NCBI GenBank assembly: GCA_938045815.1
Contig: CALIBI010000018.1
Location: 11,027 to 75,026, forward strand
Reading direction: 5' to 3'
DNA: 64,000 nt
Source: an uncultured Sulfolobales archaeon
Lineage (GTDB): Archaea > Thermoproteota > Thermoprotei_A > Sulfolobales > NBVN01
Under the pieces are notes generated by a model, which was not told where the DNA came from, did not search any database, and saw only the letters and a list, made by a program, of their open reading frames with translations. Each line of letters starts with the position of its first letter. Position 1 is the first letter of the stretch. A program made the position numbers and the translations under genes. Positions 17,688-28,133 of the stretch are shown here, piece after piece.

Positions 17688-18389
17688 ATGAATGTAGGGT
17701 TGTATTCAGGAACTCTAACGCCAACAAACATCATCATGGAAGCTATATACGCGTCAATACTTTTCATCTATGTCTTAGGAGTAGTTTACGGAACTAAATA
17801 CGCATACGACTTAATGATTAGGAAGGGATTCCCACATAACGTAGCCGTATACTTCAACAGGAAGCTAATACACGTGTTAGCAGGAGGGGTAGTAGCGTTG
17901 GTGGTGCCATTCACTTTCACGTCACCCATCATACCCTTCACTCTAGCACTAGTTTTAGCACTCATAGTCTGGATACCCCACAAGAGAAAGAAGCTCCTAA
18001 CATGGTTTCAAGTACCAGATAATGCTTACGAAGTCAACTTCTGCATAGCTTGGGGAACGATACTATTAGCTTCATGGCTTATTTTCAACACACCCATATA
18101 TGGCTTAATACCGGTTCTTTTCATGTCTTTCGGGGACGCAGCTACCGGAGTAGTCAGGAACTTGATATACAGAAAGAGAACAAAGTCATGGTGGGGTAAC
18201 TTCGCCATGTTCCTGGTATGCATGCCTATAGCATACTACTTCGTAGGGCTTTGGGGCATTCCTGTAGCAGCCGCATCCTCATATATAGAACACTACGAAT
18301 TCAACCCAATAGACGACAACATATTGATCAGCATTACGTCATTCTCCTCACTCCTCCTACTCTCGTATTTGGGATTGATAAGCATCTGA
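17688..18389 (+). CDS. Polyprenol/dolichol (phytol)-kinase-like CTP-dependent membrane kinase family protein
   Basis: Polytopic membrane protein. NRKLIHVLAGG and FGDAATGVVRN...KSWWGNFAMF resemble the RK..H and GD.aA..vG...KS.eGs motifs of the CTP_transf_1/dolichol kinase family. Confidence 0.55.
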   Translation: MNVGLYSGTLTPTNIIMEAIYASILFIYVLGVVYGTKYAYDLMIRKGFPHNVAVYFNRKLIHVLAGGVVALVVPFTFTSPIIPFTLALVLALIVWIPHKRKKLLTWFQVPDNAYEVNFCIAWGTILLASWLIFNTPIYGLIPVLFMSFGDAATGVVRNLIYRKRTKSWWGNFAMFLVCMPIAYYFVGLWGIPVAAASSYIEHYEFNPIDDNILISITSFSSLLLLSYLGLISI

Positions 18390-18401
18390 TAACCTGAAGA
18401 G

Positions 18402-18407
18402 ATTTTT
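18402..18407 (+). terminator. Oligo-T tract downstream of the kinase-like gene
   Basis: A TTTTTT run 13 nt after the TGA at 18387-18389. Archaeal termination commonly occurs at oligo-T. Confidence 0.3.
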
Positions 18408-18636
18408 TATTCGTGAACGAGTACTTCTAAGAAGACTGCCTACAGATTCTTGCTAATACGTTTACGCGTGAGTTATTCTGAAGAAATTAGTAAGGTCTCG
18501 TTAAGACCTCAGTAAGAAAACTCTACGCCGAAGTTGAGAGAGAGCGTGAGGAAGGAGATAAGGTAATGAGTCGACATCGAGAATTGATTCCCACAAAGAC
18601 CTCTGCTTAGGTAAGTATGCTTACGGGTAGCTCGCC

Positions 18637-21066
18637 TTAACACTTGACGTCTAGAATCCTGCTTAACTCATCAAGTATCGTCAAGACCTTACTAGCACCT
18701 ACTTCCCCCTTCACAACCCTTTCCTTTAAGCTACTCTTAAACTTCTTCCTTAGCAAACATACTGCGGTTCTAGTTTTCCAGAAATCTTTAAGGGTTGCGC
18801 GACCTATGGAATCCTCCAAAACTAAAACACTTCTCCTCACTTCTTCTAAAACTTCTAGATTATTCAAGTCCTTGTTGAGTAGGTATAATTGACTAGAAAT
18901 TCTAGTATCTAACTCACTCACCATGTTAGGTAACTCCACACCAAATTCCTTAATAATTGAGAGAGTATCGCTTAAGCTAGATGAGTTTAGAAACTGCTTA
19001 CCAAGCAACTCACGTAGTTCGTAAGTCACATAAAGCTTCACAAATTCCCTAAAGTAATCGAGGAAGGGGGTCTTGGATAAGACAGCGCTCCTAACTACCG
19101 AGTAGTTGGTACTAAATATTTCTCTGACTCTCTCATGAACTCTATCAAGTAGGTTGCTGAAGTAGTTGCTTACGATTGCGAGCTGGAAATCCCTACGTAA
19201 ATCACTGAAGCTTCTGAACCTGCTGAAGTGTTCTCTCAAGAATTTCTCGAGTTCACCTGACCCACCAGCATCCACATAGCTTCTTAGCGTATCACGTAAC
19301 GTTCTTAAATCAAGTTTCTCAGCAGGTGCTGAAGCTCCAGCCAAGACATGTTTGTTTACTGAGTATGAGTAATAGACACACTCAAGACTCTCTAAAGTCG
19401 GCAGGTATGTGACTCGAGCTTTACCGAAGGAAGACTTCAAATTTCCTGAAACATAAGACTCACTACTTAAATCTTCAATCACATAGCCAAAGACTCTCTT
19501 AATACCTCCCAAATTATTAGGGCTTAAGTTCAGCATAGAATACATTACGCACACATCGTAGAGATCCGTTATAGAATTCCTCACATATGACACGTATATG
19601 CTTGCACCATCTCTCAATTCAGGCACGTTACTCTTAGCGTTCTTAAGAATTCCTAAGAAATCTGTTTCCAGATCCACACCACTTAATTTTCTGGCGAGCT
19701 GGATAGTTCTGGCAGCGTGTTTCATTATCTGAAGGGACTCAATGTTTGATATATCGTCGAAGAACCAGCCATCACTAGAAAACATCAAGTAAGCATGCCT
19801 CATCATTTCCAGGAGTTCTAACGCTCTAGACCTTATTTCCTTCGTTAGGGGTACTTTAATAAACCTACTCAGATACTCATCAATCATCTTCTCAGACTTA
19901 CCTACGAATAGCACGTAATTAAGTAGAGCTACCGCAGGATCTGTGAAGATCTCGCTAGCTCTATCGAAAAAGACTTTCTTAACTTCACTAAACAACCAAT
20001 CCATAGCTTCTCTAAGAGATTTCCTCCACTCCTGACTCCAAGCTCTATTAACGTCTATCCTGCACCCACAGTTACTTCTCCACCTCTCAATCCCGTGAAC
20101 ACAACTCCAGGAAGTCTTCTCAGCTATCCTAACCTCCCAATTAGGCGGGTTGAGTTCCAGGAACTCACCGAAGTTAGTGATTTTAGCAAGACTTCTCTCA
20201 TTAATAGTTCTTAACGCGTACGCAAGAGCTAGGTGACCGTGCTTTTTGTGGTGTCCGTAAGTTTCTCCGTCAGTAGCTACGGTCACTAACTCTGTCTCGT
20301 CAGTATTACTGAAAGCTTTAAGAATACTCTTAGCAAATACATCACCGTTACTCAGTAAGTCACCGAACGCAACACCGTGTGAGAGTCTCGCGTCATAAAA
20401 GAACAAGACGATACTCCTGCCTGAAGAAGTCTTGTAGATGTAGGGTCGCCTAGTATCCACCCTACCACCACTCACATCTACCCACACGCCTTCAGGACTC
20501 CTTACCGCGAGTGCTTGGTGAGGCGCTAATACAGTGAACTTAATACCTAATTCGGCTAGCACGTCAAGAGACTCGTCATCAACAGCTGTCTCAGGGAGCC
20601 ACATACCCTCAGGCAACCTACCGAAGGCTTCCTTAAACACTTCAATACCCCAGTAAGTAGCTACGTACTTATACTCCCTTCTTGCGAGAGGCATTATCAT
20701 ATGATTATAAACTTGAGCTATCGCGGACCCGTGACCCGAGAATCTGTTTCTACTAACGCGATCAGCCTCTATAATAGCCTCGTAAACGTCGGGAGCTTTC
20801 TCTTCAAGCCACCTTAATAGCGTTGGACCTACGTTGAAGCTAATCCACGAGTAATTATTGATTACATCAATTACATAACCTTCTCGATCCACTATAGGGA
20901 TTGAAGCGTTAGGTCTGTAACACTCCTCAGTAATTCTTTCATTCCAGTCATGATACGGATAAGCACTCTCTTCGTTAGGTACTTCAAACAACCATGGATC
21001 TTCTCTTGAGGGCTGGTAAAAATGTGCGTGAATCACTACATACTTACCCAAACCCACGCACCTCAA
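18637..21066 (-). CDS. Glycoside hydrolase family 57 protein with a long C-terminal helical (DUF3536-like) region
   Basis: N-terminal [23 protein letters not shown] (nucleophile Glu) and [11 protein letters not shown] (acid/base Asp), the canonical GH57 regions. 809 aa. A TTGA start/stop overlap joins it to glgB. Confidence 0.85.
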   Translation of the reverse strand: MRCVGLGKYVVIHAHFYQPSREDPWLFEVPNEESAYPYHDWNERITEECYRPNASIPIVDREGYVIDVINNYSWISFNVGPTLLRWLEEKAPDVYEAIIEADRVSRNRFSGHGSAIAQVYNHMIMPLARREYKYVATYWGIEVFKEAFGRLPEGMWLPETAVDDESLDVLAELGIKFTVLAPHQALAVRSPEGVWVDVSGGRVDTRRPYIYKTSSGRSIVLFFYDARLSHGVAFGDLLSNGDVFAKSILKAFSNTDETELVTVATDGETYGHHKKHGHLALAYALRTINERSLAKITNFGEFLELNPPNWEVRIAEKTSWSCVHGIERWRSNCGCRIDVNRAWSQEWRKSLREAMDWLFSEVKKVFFDRASEIFTDPAVALLNYVLFVGKSEKMIDEYLSRFIKVPLTKEIRSRALELLEMMRHAYLMFSSDGWFFDDISNIESLQIMKHAARTIQLARKLSGVDLETDFLGILKNAKSNVPELRDGASIYVSYVRNSITDLYDVCVMYSMLNLSPNNLGGIKRVFGYVIEDLSSESYVSGNLKSSFGKARVTYLPTLESLECVYYSYSVNKHVLAGASAPAEKLDLRTLRDTLRSYVDAGGSGELEKFLREHFSRFRSFSDLRRDFQLAIVSNYFSNLLDRVHERVREIFSTNYSVVRSAVLSKTPFLDYFREFVKLYVTYELRELLGKQFLNSSSLSDTLSIIKEFGVELPNMVSELDTRISSQLYLLNKDLNNLEVLEEVRRSVLVLEDSIGRATLKDFWKTRTAVCLLRKKFKSSLKERVVKGEVGASKVLTILDELSRILDVKC

Positions 21067-22976
21067 CCACGATACTTAAGAAAGAGGACTGCTAAGGGTG
21101 GAAGCGTTAAAACTACTGAGTATTGTCTTCCGTGATACGGGAAATCCTCAGACCACACACCAGGTGTGTTGCTAACTCCTGAACCACCGTAAACCACTAA
21201 ATCACTATTAAGTATTTCCTCCCAGAAACCTTTCTTAGGCACACCCACTCTGTACTCACGCCTTACTACTGGAGTAAAGTTAAGAACAACTAAAATCACG
21301 TCACCGCTAGAGTCTTTCCTAAGAAAAGATACGATACTCTGATCCCTGTCCTTGAAATCAATCCACTCAAAACCTTCAGGCCTGAAATCAAGCTCGTGTA
21401 GGGCTGGCTCTCTTCTGTACGTGATGTTGAGATCCCTTACCCAAGCTTGTATACCCGCGTGTTCAGGATACTTAAGAATGTGCCAATCAATACTTCTTTC
21501 ATGACTCCACTCATCCCACTGAGCGATCTCGCTACCCATGAAAAGCAATTTCTTGCCTGGGTGAGCGTACATGTAGCCGTAAAGGAGTCTCAGATTCGCG
21601 AACTTCTGCCAGTCATCACCAGGCATCTTATTTATTAGTGACTTCTTGCCGTGAACTACTTCATCGTGAGATAAAGAATTAATGAAGTTCTCGTAGAATA
21701 CGTACCAAACGTTGAAAGTCAGTATGTCGTGGTGGTACTTGCGGTATATAGGGTCTTTGGACATGTAGTATAGTGTGTCGTGCATCCACCCCATATTCCA
21801 CTTCATATCGAATCCTAACCCACCATCACTAACAGGTCTTGATACCTTAGGCCAAGCACTAGACTCCTCAGCTATTGTCAAGACTCCGGGGTAGTACTTA
21901 TGGATAGCCTCATTAAACTCCTTAATAAACTCTATAGCTTCTAGGTTCTCCTTACCACCATACACGTTAGGTACCCACTCACCAGGTTTTCTTGAGTAGT
22001 CTAGGTAAAGCATCGAAGCAACTGCATCAACTCTTAACCCATCAACATGGTACTTCTCGATCCAGAAGAATGCGTTACTTATTAAGAAAGACCTAACCTC
22101 ACCCCTACTGTAGTCGAATACGTAGCTACCCCAATCAGGGTGGATCCTTTTTCTCCAATCCTCGTACTCATAGAGGTGTGTGCCGTCGAAGAAAGCTAAA
22201 CCGTGTTCGTCTGTAGCGAAATGTGAAGGCACCCAATCAATTATTACACCAATACCGCATTTATGGAGTTTCTCGACCAAGTACATAAAGTCTTGAGGCT
22301 TCCCGTACCTGCTGGTGGGGGCGTAATAACCTACTACCTGATACCCCCAAGAACCGTAGAATGGGTGCTCCATCACGGGCAGAAACTCAACGTGCGTGAA
22401 ACCCATATGAAGCACATAATCACATAACTTATCAGCCAGCTCACGGTAAGTCAAGAATCTATTGCCTTCCTCAGGAACCCGCATCCACGAACCTAAGTGA
22501 ACCTCATATATAGATATTGGTGCGTCGTAAGAATTATTTGACGTTCTAGCAAGCAACCATTCATCATCCCCCCACTCATAACTCAAGTCCCACACAATAG
22601 ACGCGGTCTTAGGAGGTGTTTCCCATAAGAACGCGTATGGGTCGCCCTTAAAAACCTTATAGCCCCCGAGCTTGGAAACCACGTAGTATTTATACTTATC
22701 ACCAACCCGAACCCCCTCCACAAAACCCTCCCAAATGCCGGAGCCATCATCCCGTGGAATCAGCTTGTGGTTACCAGGCCTCCAATCATTAAAGTCACCG
22801 ACCACGTGAACCTCAGCAGCGTTAGGAGCCCACACAGCGAAGTAAGTGCCTGAAACGCCGTTAACTATTAAGGGATGAGCACCTAACTTCTCGTAAATCC
22901 TGTAGTGTCTGCCCTCTCTAAACAAGTATACGTCATAGTCAGTAATTAAGCTATACTTGATCACGCCCCCACTCAT
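21063..22976 (-). CDS. glgB: 1,4-alpha-glucan branching enzyme, GH13 type
   Basis: N-terminal CBM48-like [18 protein letters not shown], then [29 protein letters not shown] and SHDEVVHGK, the four GH13 conserved regions in the GlgB arrangement. Confidence 0.9.
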   Translation of the reverse strand: MSGGVIKYSLITDYDVYLFREGRHYRIYEKLGAHPLIVNGVSGTYFAVWAPNAAEVHVVGDFNDWRPGNHKLIPRDDGSGIWEGFVEGVRVGDKYKYYVVSKLGGYKVFKGDPYAFLWETPPKTASIVWDLSYEWGDDEWLLARTSNNSYDAPISIYEVHLGSWMRVPEEGNRFLTYRELADKLCDYVLHMGFTHVEFLPVMEHPFYGSWGYQVVGYYAPTSRYGKPQDFMYLVEKLHKCGIGVIIDWVPSHFATDEHGLAFFDGTHLYEYEDWRKRIHPDWGSYVFDYSRGEVRSFLISNAFFWIEKYHVDGLRVDAVASMLYLDYSRKPGEWVPNVYGGKENLEAIEFIKEFNEAIHKYYPGVLTIAEESSAWPKVSRPVSDGGLGFDMKWNMGWMHDTLYYMSKDPIYRKYHHDILTFNVWYVFYENFINSLSHDEVVHGKKSLINKMPGDDWQKFANLRLLYGYMYAHPGKKLLFMGSEIAQWDEWSHERSIDWHILKYPEHAGIQAWVRDLNITYRREPALHELDFRPEGFEWIDFKDRDQSIVSFLRKDSSGDVILVVLNFTPVVRREYRVGVPKKGFWEEILNSDLVVYGGSGVSNTPGVWSEDFPYHGRQYSVVLTLPPLAVLFLKYRG

Positions 22977-23032
22977 AGGACCTTCTCTCTAACTCAGCTT
23001 AAGTCTCGAATAATATCGCGTTAGGGGATCCG

Positions 23033-23518
23033 TCACTCAGTCAAGCTAATCAGTTCCTCAAGTACCTTAACAACCTCACTTAAGTCCTCAGTAACTAGCT
23101 TCCTAGCTAACTCCTCATCCCCTAAAACTTTCCTAACCCACTCAGAAACATACCCTCTCCTCAAATGCTCTCTCAGTACCTCCTCAGACGCGAGACCGTA
23201 CTTAATAACTACGTATAAGTGCTTCAAGCTCCTGATCCTGAGTGGTGCCGGAACCCCAGTACTGGGGTCTGTCACTACGTAAGCCTTATCTTCACTAACC
23301 TCAGCCAAGACGTTCTTGAGAGATTCTTTAACTCTCCTACCCTTATCAGTTAAGGCGTAAGTACCTTTAGAAACTTCAATCACTAAACCTTCCTCAAGTA
23401 ACTCTCTCAAATACCTTCTCGTAGTACTCCTGCTAAGACCAACTAACTCACTCAACTCATGACACGTAACTTCACCCTCAATCTTGGCAAGAACGTTGAG
23501 TAACGACGCTCTCACCAA
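23033..23518 (-). CDS. Winged-helix transcriptional regulator with an uncharacterised C-terminal domain
   Basis: The N-terminal CHELSELVGLSRSTTRRYLRELLEEGLVIEV is a wHTH (MarR/TrmB-like). It lies immediately upstream of glgB-GH57 on the same strand. Confidence 0.6.
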   Translation of the reverse strand: MVRASLLNVLAKIEGEVTCHELSELVGLSRSTTRRYLRELLEEGLVIEVSKGTYALTDKGRRVKESLKNVLAEVSEDKAYVVTDPSTGVPAPLRIRSLKHLYVVIKYGLASEEVLREHLRRGYVSEWVRKVLGDEELARKLVTEDLSEVVKVLEELISLTE

Positions 23519-23624
23519 CCCACATCCCTAAATATATTGTTGGGGATAGTTAAATAAAGTTAGCTTCTCACCGTCTTGTTTCGTGTGAGTTTGTATTCGT
23601 TGATGTTATTAATAAATCAAGAAC

Positions 23625-25118
23625 CTAACTCAAGAATTTTTCTTCTAGGTATCTCACGAAGTATTCTGGGTTGTAAGTCTCGCTGAACGACTTGAGTAGT
23701 AGTTTCTTGGGTGGGTATACTGAGCCCCACCTATGTATCTTTTCTCTCAAGTAGTCCTTGATTACCTGGAAGTCCTTATTAATTACGTGGGTGTAAAGCC
23801 CCTTCAGATCTCTGTCCATATGGTGAGCTATTTGAGAAGAGAGTAACGTTCCTAGCGTATAGGTTGGGAAGTAACCTATAGAACCCATACTCCAGTGTAT
23901 GTCTTGAAGAAGACCTTCAGAGTAGTTCTTAGGTCTAACACCTAGTAGATTCTCCATCTCGTTGTTCCACAACTCAGGTAATTCATTGACCTTCACTTCC
24001 CCCGTAATCATTAACTTCTCTAGCTTAAATCTGAGGATTATGTGGAGATTATAAGTCACTTCATCAGCGTCTACGCGAATAAGCGAGGGCTTCACAGTAT
24101 TGAAGTACACGTATATGTCTTCAGGGTCTCTGTTTCTGGCGGGACTTACCAGCCTGATTAAGTCTATGAACGCGTTAACGAACGCTCTAGACCTACCTAT
24201 CACGTTCTCCCAGAACCTACTCTGAGACTCGTGAATGCCGAGTGAGACACCACTACCTACTGGAGTATACCTGAGTTCTTCATCGATCTGTAACTCGTAA
24301 AGCGCGTGACCGAACTCGTGGATCACGCTGAATAACGTCCTCTTAAAGTCGTAGCCCTCATACCTGGTAGTTATCCTAACGTCCCTCACACCCATATTTA
24401 TGGTGAATGGGTGAGCCGACACGTCGAGTCTCGCTCTCTTACCAAGCGGGAAGCCGAAAGCCTCAAGTATTGCTAGATTGAGTTTCTCAGCTTCTTCTCT
24501 CAAGTATTTTTCTTTTTCTAGAGGGTGGTCTGCTGAGTACCTGCCCTCACTCAGTACTTTATCTAGTACCTTCCTTAATCTAGGCTCTAAGTAAGTGAAC
24601 ATAGTGTCTACGTCTCTAGTAGTCATCCCTTCCTCATACAGATCTAGCAAAGCATCGTAGGGATGCTCTTTAAAGCCTAAGTAATTCGCTTTCTCCCTCG
24701 TTAAATTAACTATCTTCTCTAAGTAAGGTCTGAATACCTCTAGATCGTTCTTCTCTCTAGCTACTTTCCAAGCAACCCTACCCTCCTGAGTCACTCTAGC
24801 TAGTTCCTCAACGAGTCTAGGGGGTAAAGCCTTAGCAATCCTGACCTCTCTCTCCAGAACCCTCACAACACCTTCCTCATAATCATTTAACGACTCTTGC
24901 TTTGAAGCTTTCTCAAGAACTTCAAGAAATTCTCTTCGGAGTAGTAACTCCTGAGCCATGAGACTTAACTCAGCATGAGCAACACTCCTCTCCTCAACAC
25001 CCTCAGCAGGCATGTATGTCTCTAAATCCCACCCCATAACGGACATCGCGTGTGATAAAGCCCAAACCCTCCTGTAAAGTCTTAAGAGATCTTTAATTAC
25101 TTCGTTCTCGAAATACAT
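23625..25118 (-). CDS. M32 carboxypeptidase (Taq-type thermostable carboxypeptidase)
   Basis: HEFGHALY zinc motif, IHESQSRFWEN, DIHWS.G.IGYFPTY.LG. About 500 aa. Confidence 0.9.
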   Translation of the reverse strand: MYFENEVIKDLLRLYRRVWALSHAMSVMGWDLETYMPAEGVEERSVAHAELSLMAQELLLRREFLEVLEKASKQESLNDYEEGVVRVLEREVRIAKALPPRLVEELARVTQEGRVAWKVAREKNDLEVFRPYLEKIVNLTREKANYLGFKEHPYDALLDLYEEGMTTRDVDTMFTYLEPRLRKVLDKVLSEGRYSADHPLEKEKYLREEAEKLNLAILEAFGFPLGKRARLDVSAHPFTINMGVRDVRITTRYEGYDFKRTLFSVIHEFGHALYELQIDEELRYTPVGSGVSLGIHESQSRFWENVIGRSRAFVNAFIDLIRLVSPARNRDPEDIYVYFNTVKPSLIRVDADEVTYNLHIILRFKLEKLMITGEVKVNELPELWNNEMENLLGVRPKNYSEGLLQDIHWSMGSIGYFPTYTLGTLLSSQIAHHMDRDLKGLYTHVINKDFQVIKDYLREKIHRWGSVYPPKKLLLKSFSETYNPEYFVRYLEEKFLS

Positions 25119-25280
25119 TAGATCACCTATTAAAGATAACGTGACACTATAAAAACATGCCTCCCTGTCATGCTCTGAGCTAACTAAGAGTAAAGTCTAC
25201 TCTCCGGGAGCGAGAAATAACTTAAAAATTCGTCCCTAACTCTCGTTATGGTGTCATGACTGCTAGGCTTCGGTTACGCG

Positions 25281-26126
25281 TTGATTGCTGCGACCCTCTG
25301 GTCTCTTAATCCAGCCTTCATAAGTAGATACAGAAACTCACTACAACCTATTCTCTTCACGGGACTTAGAGCTTTGCTTGCTCTACTTCCTGCACTCTTA
25401 CTAAGTATTTTCACGAGCTTCAACGCGGAGGTAGCGCCACTTAGTATTTTCTTATTCACGACTTCCGCCTTGATAGGTCCTGGCTTGGGTGACGCAGCCT
25501 ACACTAAAGCTATTCAGATCATAGGTGGCGGGAGAGCAGTAATCATTGCTTACACCTACATATTCGTGGCTCAAGCATTATCTGTTCTTGCAGGGGAAGT
25601 CTTGAAGTTAGGTGTTGTTGTTGGGGCGTTCTTAGCGTTCTTGGGGCTCACGATATCAGTACCTAGGAATTCAGGAGGTTCAGAAATTTCGTTGAGGGGT
25701 TTCGGATACGCGGCTGCAGCCTCACTATGTTGGGGGGTGGGGACAGTGTTGAGCACCATATCACTCCACTATGCTGACCCCGTATCACTCTTAGTGATTA
25801 GATTGGGAGTCATAGCAGTGGTTTTCATTCCTGCAGGATTGTTAAGCATTCGTGTTAGAAGAGATTACGATATACACAACAACTTCAGAAAATTGATTGA
25901 GTGCTCGGGATTAACGGGAATTGTCGGGTGGTTTGGTGGTATGTATTTCTTCCTTTTATCGTTAGCTACTATAGGTACCGCGTCAACAGTTCTAGCAACA
26001 GCACTGACCCCAATACTATCGTTGATTACTACCAGGAACGTTGCTAGGGAGACTCACAGCCATGCATTAGTCCTAGGTGCGATGCTAACGTCTCTCGGCA
26101 TAGGAATCGCTGCTCTCCTCAGCTAA
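25281..26126 (+). CDS. EamA/DMT-family transporter
   Basis: Paralog of 16729-17586 (LIAATLWSLNPAFISRYR versus LIASVLWGLSPAIISRYR). TTG start. An upstream in-frame ATG at 25248 is cut off by a TGA at 25257. Confidence 0.7.
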   Translation: MIAATLWSLNPAFISRYRNSLQPILFTGLRALLALLPALLLSIFTSFNAEVAPLSIFLFTTSALIGPGLGDAAYTKAIQIIGGGRAVIIAYTYIFVAQALSVLAGEVLKLGVVVGAFLAFLGLTISVPRNSGGSEISLRGFGYAAAASLCWGVGTVLSTISLHYADPVSLLVIRLGVIAVVFIPAGLLSIRVRRDYDIHNNFRKLIECSGLTGIVGWFGGMYFFLLSLATIGTASTVLATALTPILSLITTRNVARETHSHALVLGAMLTSLGIGIAALLS

Positions 26127-26212
26127 TCACTGATTTCTCTACTTAGGAGTGAGTACTTCAACAAATAATTCACTGCAGTGCTGTAGTAGGGGACCTATGA
26201 CTCAGAATCTTA

Positions 26213-27580
26213 CTAGTAGTTAGTTTTTATGACGGGTCTTAACCAGTTACCCCTCACTATCCATGAAAACGCTAGTAACCCGGTTATTATGTTGCTTATC
26301 GACATACCGATCCAGAGCCCTCTCACACCCATCCCGAAAGGTCCTGGACCGAAAAGGTAAGCTAATATGTTTCTCAGAACCCATAACCTGAAGAGACTTA
26401 AGTACATGACTGTCTTAGTGTGCCCGGACCCGCTTGCGACAGAGAATGCAGCTCTCAACATCACGAAGAATATTATTGATGGACCCATGTATAGGAGGAA
26501 GTCTGCGGCGCTCTGAATTACTTCAGGGTCTGAGGGAGCAAATATAGAGACTATCTCGTATCTGAAGGTAGTGTAGATTAAGACCCCGAACCCAGTTATT
26601 AGTGTAGAGTAAAGCACTGTCTTCAGAGCTGCCTTCTTAGCTCTCTCGTACATCTCAGCACCCAGACTCTGACCAATTATTGTGGCGGTGGCTCCGAGCA
26701 AGCTACTAACAAAAATATCGAGGAGTCCTAAAGGCCTATCACCTATCCCCCAAGAAGCTAGTGCAACACTACCTAACATGCTTATTATTGCTGTGAGGAG
26801 GGTGAAGCCTCCTGCTTCACCAACTGATGAGACCGATATAGGTAATCCTATCATAACTAGCTTACGCAGTAACCAAGGCTTCGGCTTCAGATGATGTAGC
26901 CGGAGCTTCTCACCCCTAATACCCTTAATCAAAACACGTATAGCTACGAGTGAAGCAACAAAATCACTCAGTAGTGTAGCTATGGCGGCTCCCGCAACCC
27001 TCATGGGGGGTATTGGACCTAAGCCGAATATTAGGATTGGGTCTAGAACCACGTTCAGCAAAACCCCCATAACCCTAATCTTCATAGGGGTTACGGTATC
27101 TCCCGCCGCACTAAAAATAGATACTGTAGCGTTCATTAAGCCGAAGATAGCGATTCCTAGTGAGAAGTACCTCCCGTAAGTTACGGCATCAGGAATTACT
27201 TCAGCAGGCACTCCTACGAGAACCATCATTAGAGGTAATAAGAAGTAAGCTACTAAGCCTGCAGGAAGTCCTAGAAGCAAAACTATCAGCAGCAACTGCC
27301 CGGCAGTACTCATAGCTGATTCGTAGTTTTTAGCACCCCAGTACTGAGAAACTAGAGATATACCTGCCTGAAAAACACCTGCTAAGCCAGCAACCACTAA
27401 GAAAACAACAGGCCACGTAGCGTTAACAGCAGCTAAAGCTTCCCTCCCTAACCTCCCTAACCAAAACATATCTGTTATGTTATAGACCACCTGAAGAGCC
27501 TGCATCACACCTATAGGTAGACCCAGCCTCAACATAACCTTAACTATGGGTTCTTTCAACACCCAGTCCTTATCATCCAA
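26213..27580 (-). CDS. MATE-family efflux transporter
   Basis: 455 aa, 12 TM helices. The N-terminus LRLGLPIGVMQALQVVYNITDMFWLGRLG is typical of MatE. Confidence 0.85.
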   Translation of the reverse strand: MDDKDWVLKEPIVKVMLRLGLPIGVMQALQVVYNITDMFWLGRLGREALAAVNATWPVVFLVVAGLAGVFQAGISLVSQYWGAKNYESAMSTAGQLLLIVLLLGLPAGLVAYFLLPLMMVLVGVPAEVIPDAVTYGRYFSLGIAIFGLMNATVSIFSAAGDTVTPMKIRVMGVLLNVVLDPILIFGLGPIPPMRVAGAAIATLLSDFVASLVAIRVLIKGIRGEKLRLHHLKPKPWLLRKLVMIGLPISVSSVGEAGGFTLLTAIISMLGSVALASWGIGDRPLGLLDIFVSSLLGATATIIGQSLGAEMYERAKKAALKTVLYSTLITGFGVLIYTTFRYEIVSIFAPSDPEVIQSAADFLLYMGPSIIFFVMLRAAFSVASGSGHTKTVMYLSLFRLWVLRNILAYLFGPGPFGMGVRGLWIGMSISNIITGLLAFSWIVRGNWLRPVIKTNY

Positions 27581-27680
27581 TCATGGCACCTACTAAGAAC
27601 AAATACTGATAACCGAAATAAGCGGTAAGAACAACTAAGTAGTCAGTAACTAATCAGAAAATAAGATCGCGTTACTTAAC

Positions 27681-27992
27681 TCACGTTAGGGGTGCCTTAG
27701 TAAACTCATCTACTACCAAGACTTCATCAAAAAGTGAACTACTAATTAAAGTATCACGTATGTTCCTAGCTATAGTAGTCCATAGAGTGTGATTTACGAA
27801 TTTACAGAAGGAACAACCAGGATCGCTGCTCAAGAAACTTAAGTAAACGACTAGCTTCCTACCATCACTAGATATCCTGAGCCTACTAACAACACCTGAA
27901 GAAACAACATCAACATCGAACCCAGGAACGACCACCTTCCTCAACATATCCTCAACAAGCCTCAATTTACCTAATAAAACATCCTCACTCAC
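27681..27992 (-). CDS. DUF59/MIP18-like (Fe-S assembly associated) small protein
   Basis: 103 aa. LRKVVVPGFDVDVVSSGVV...VVYLSF...PGCSFC resembles the DUF59 pattern (V.DP....ivdlGlv...v.l.lt..gCP). Confidence 0.45.
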   Translation of the reverse strand: MSEDVLLGKLRLVEDMLRKVVVPGFDVDVVSSGVVSRLRISSDGRKLVVYLSFLSSDPGCSFCKFVNHTLWTTIARNIRDTLISSSLFDEVLVVDEFTKAPLT

Positions 27993-28133
27993 ACACCATC
28001 ACCGAGTAAGTGATTGAAACAGCGTTAATAATATACGAATTACTCAGGGTACTCAGTAATAATTCTCGATTAACACAAACATTAACTAAAGTTTTTAATT
28101 GTTACTATTAGAATTCAGTGGTGATTACTTGTC

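Noticed and set aside
18493-18509. AGGTCT-cgtta-AGACCT hairpin between convergent genes
   Set aside because: The stem is only 6 bp and the loop is AT-rich. Archaeal termination does not require hairpins. It is too weak to call a structured RNA or a terminator.
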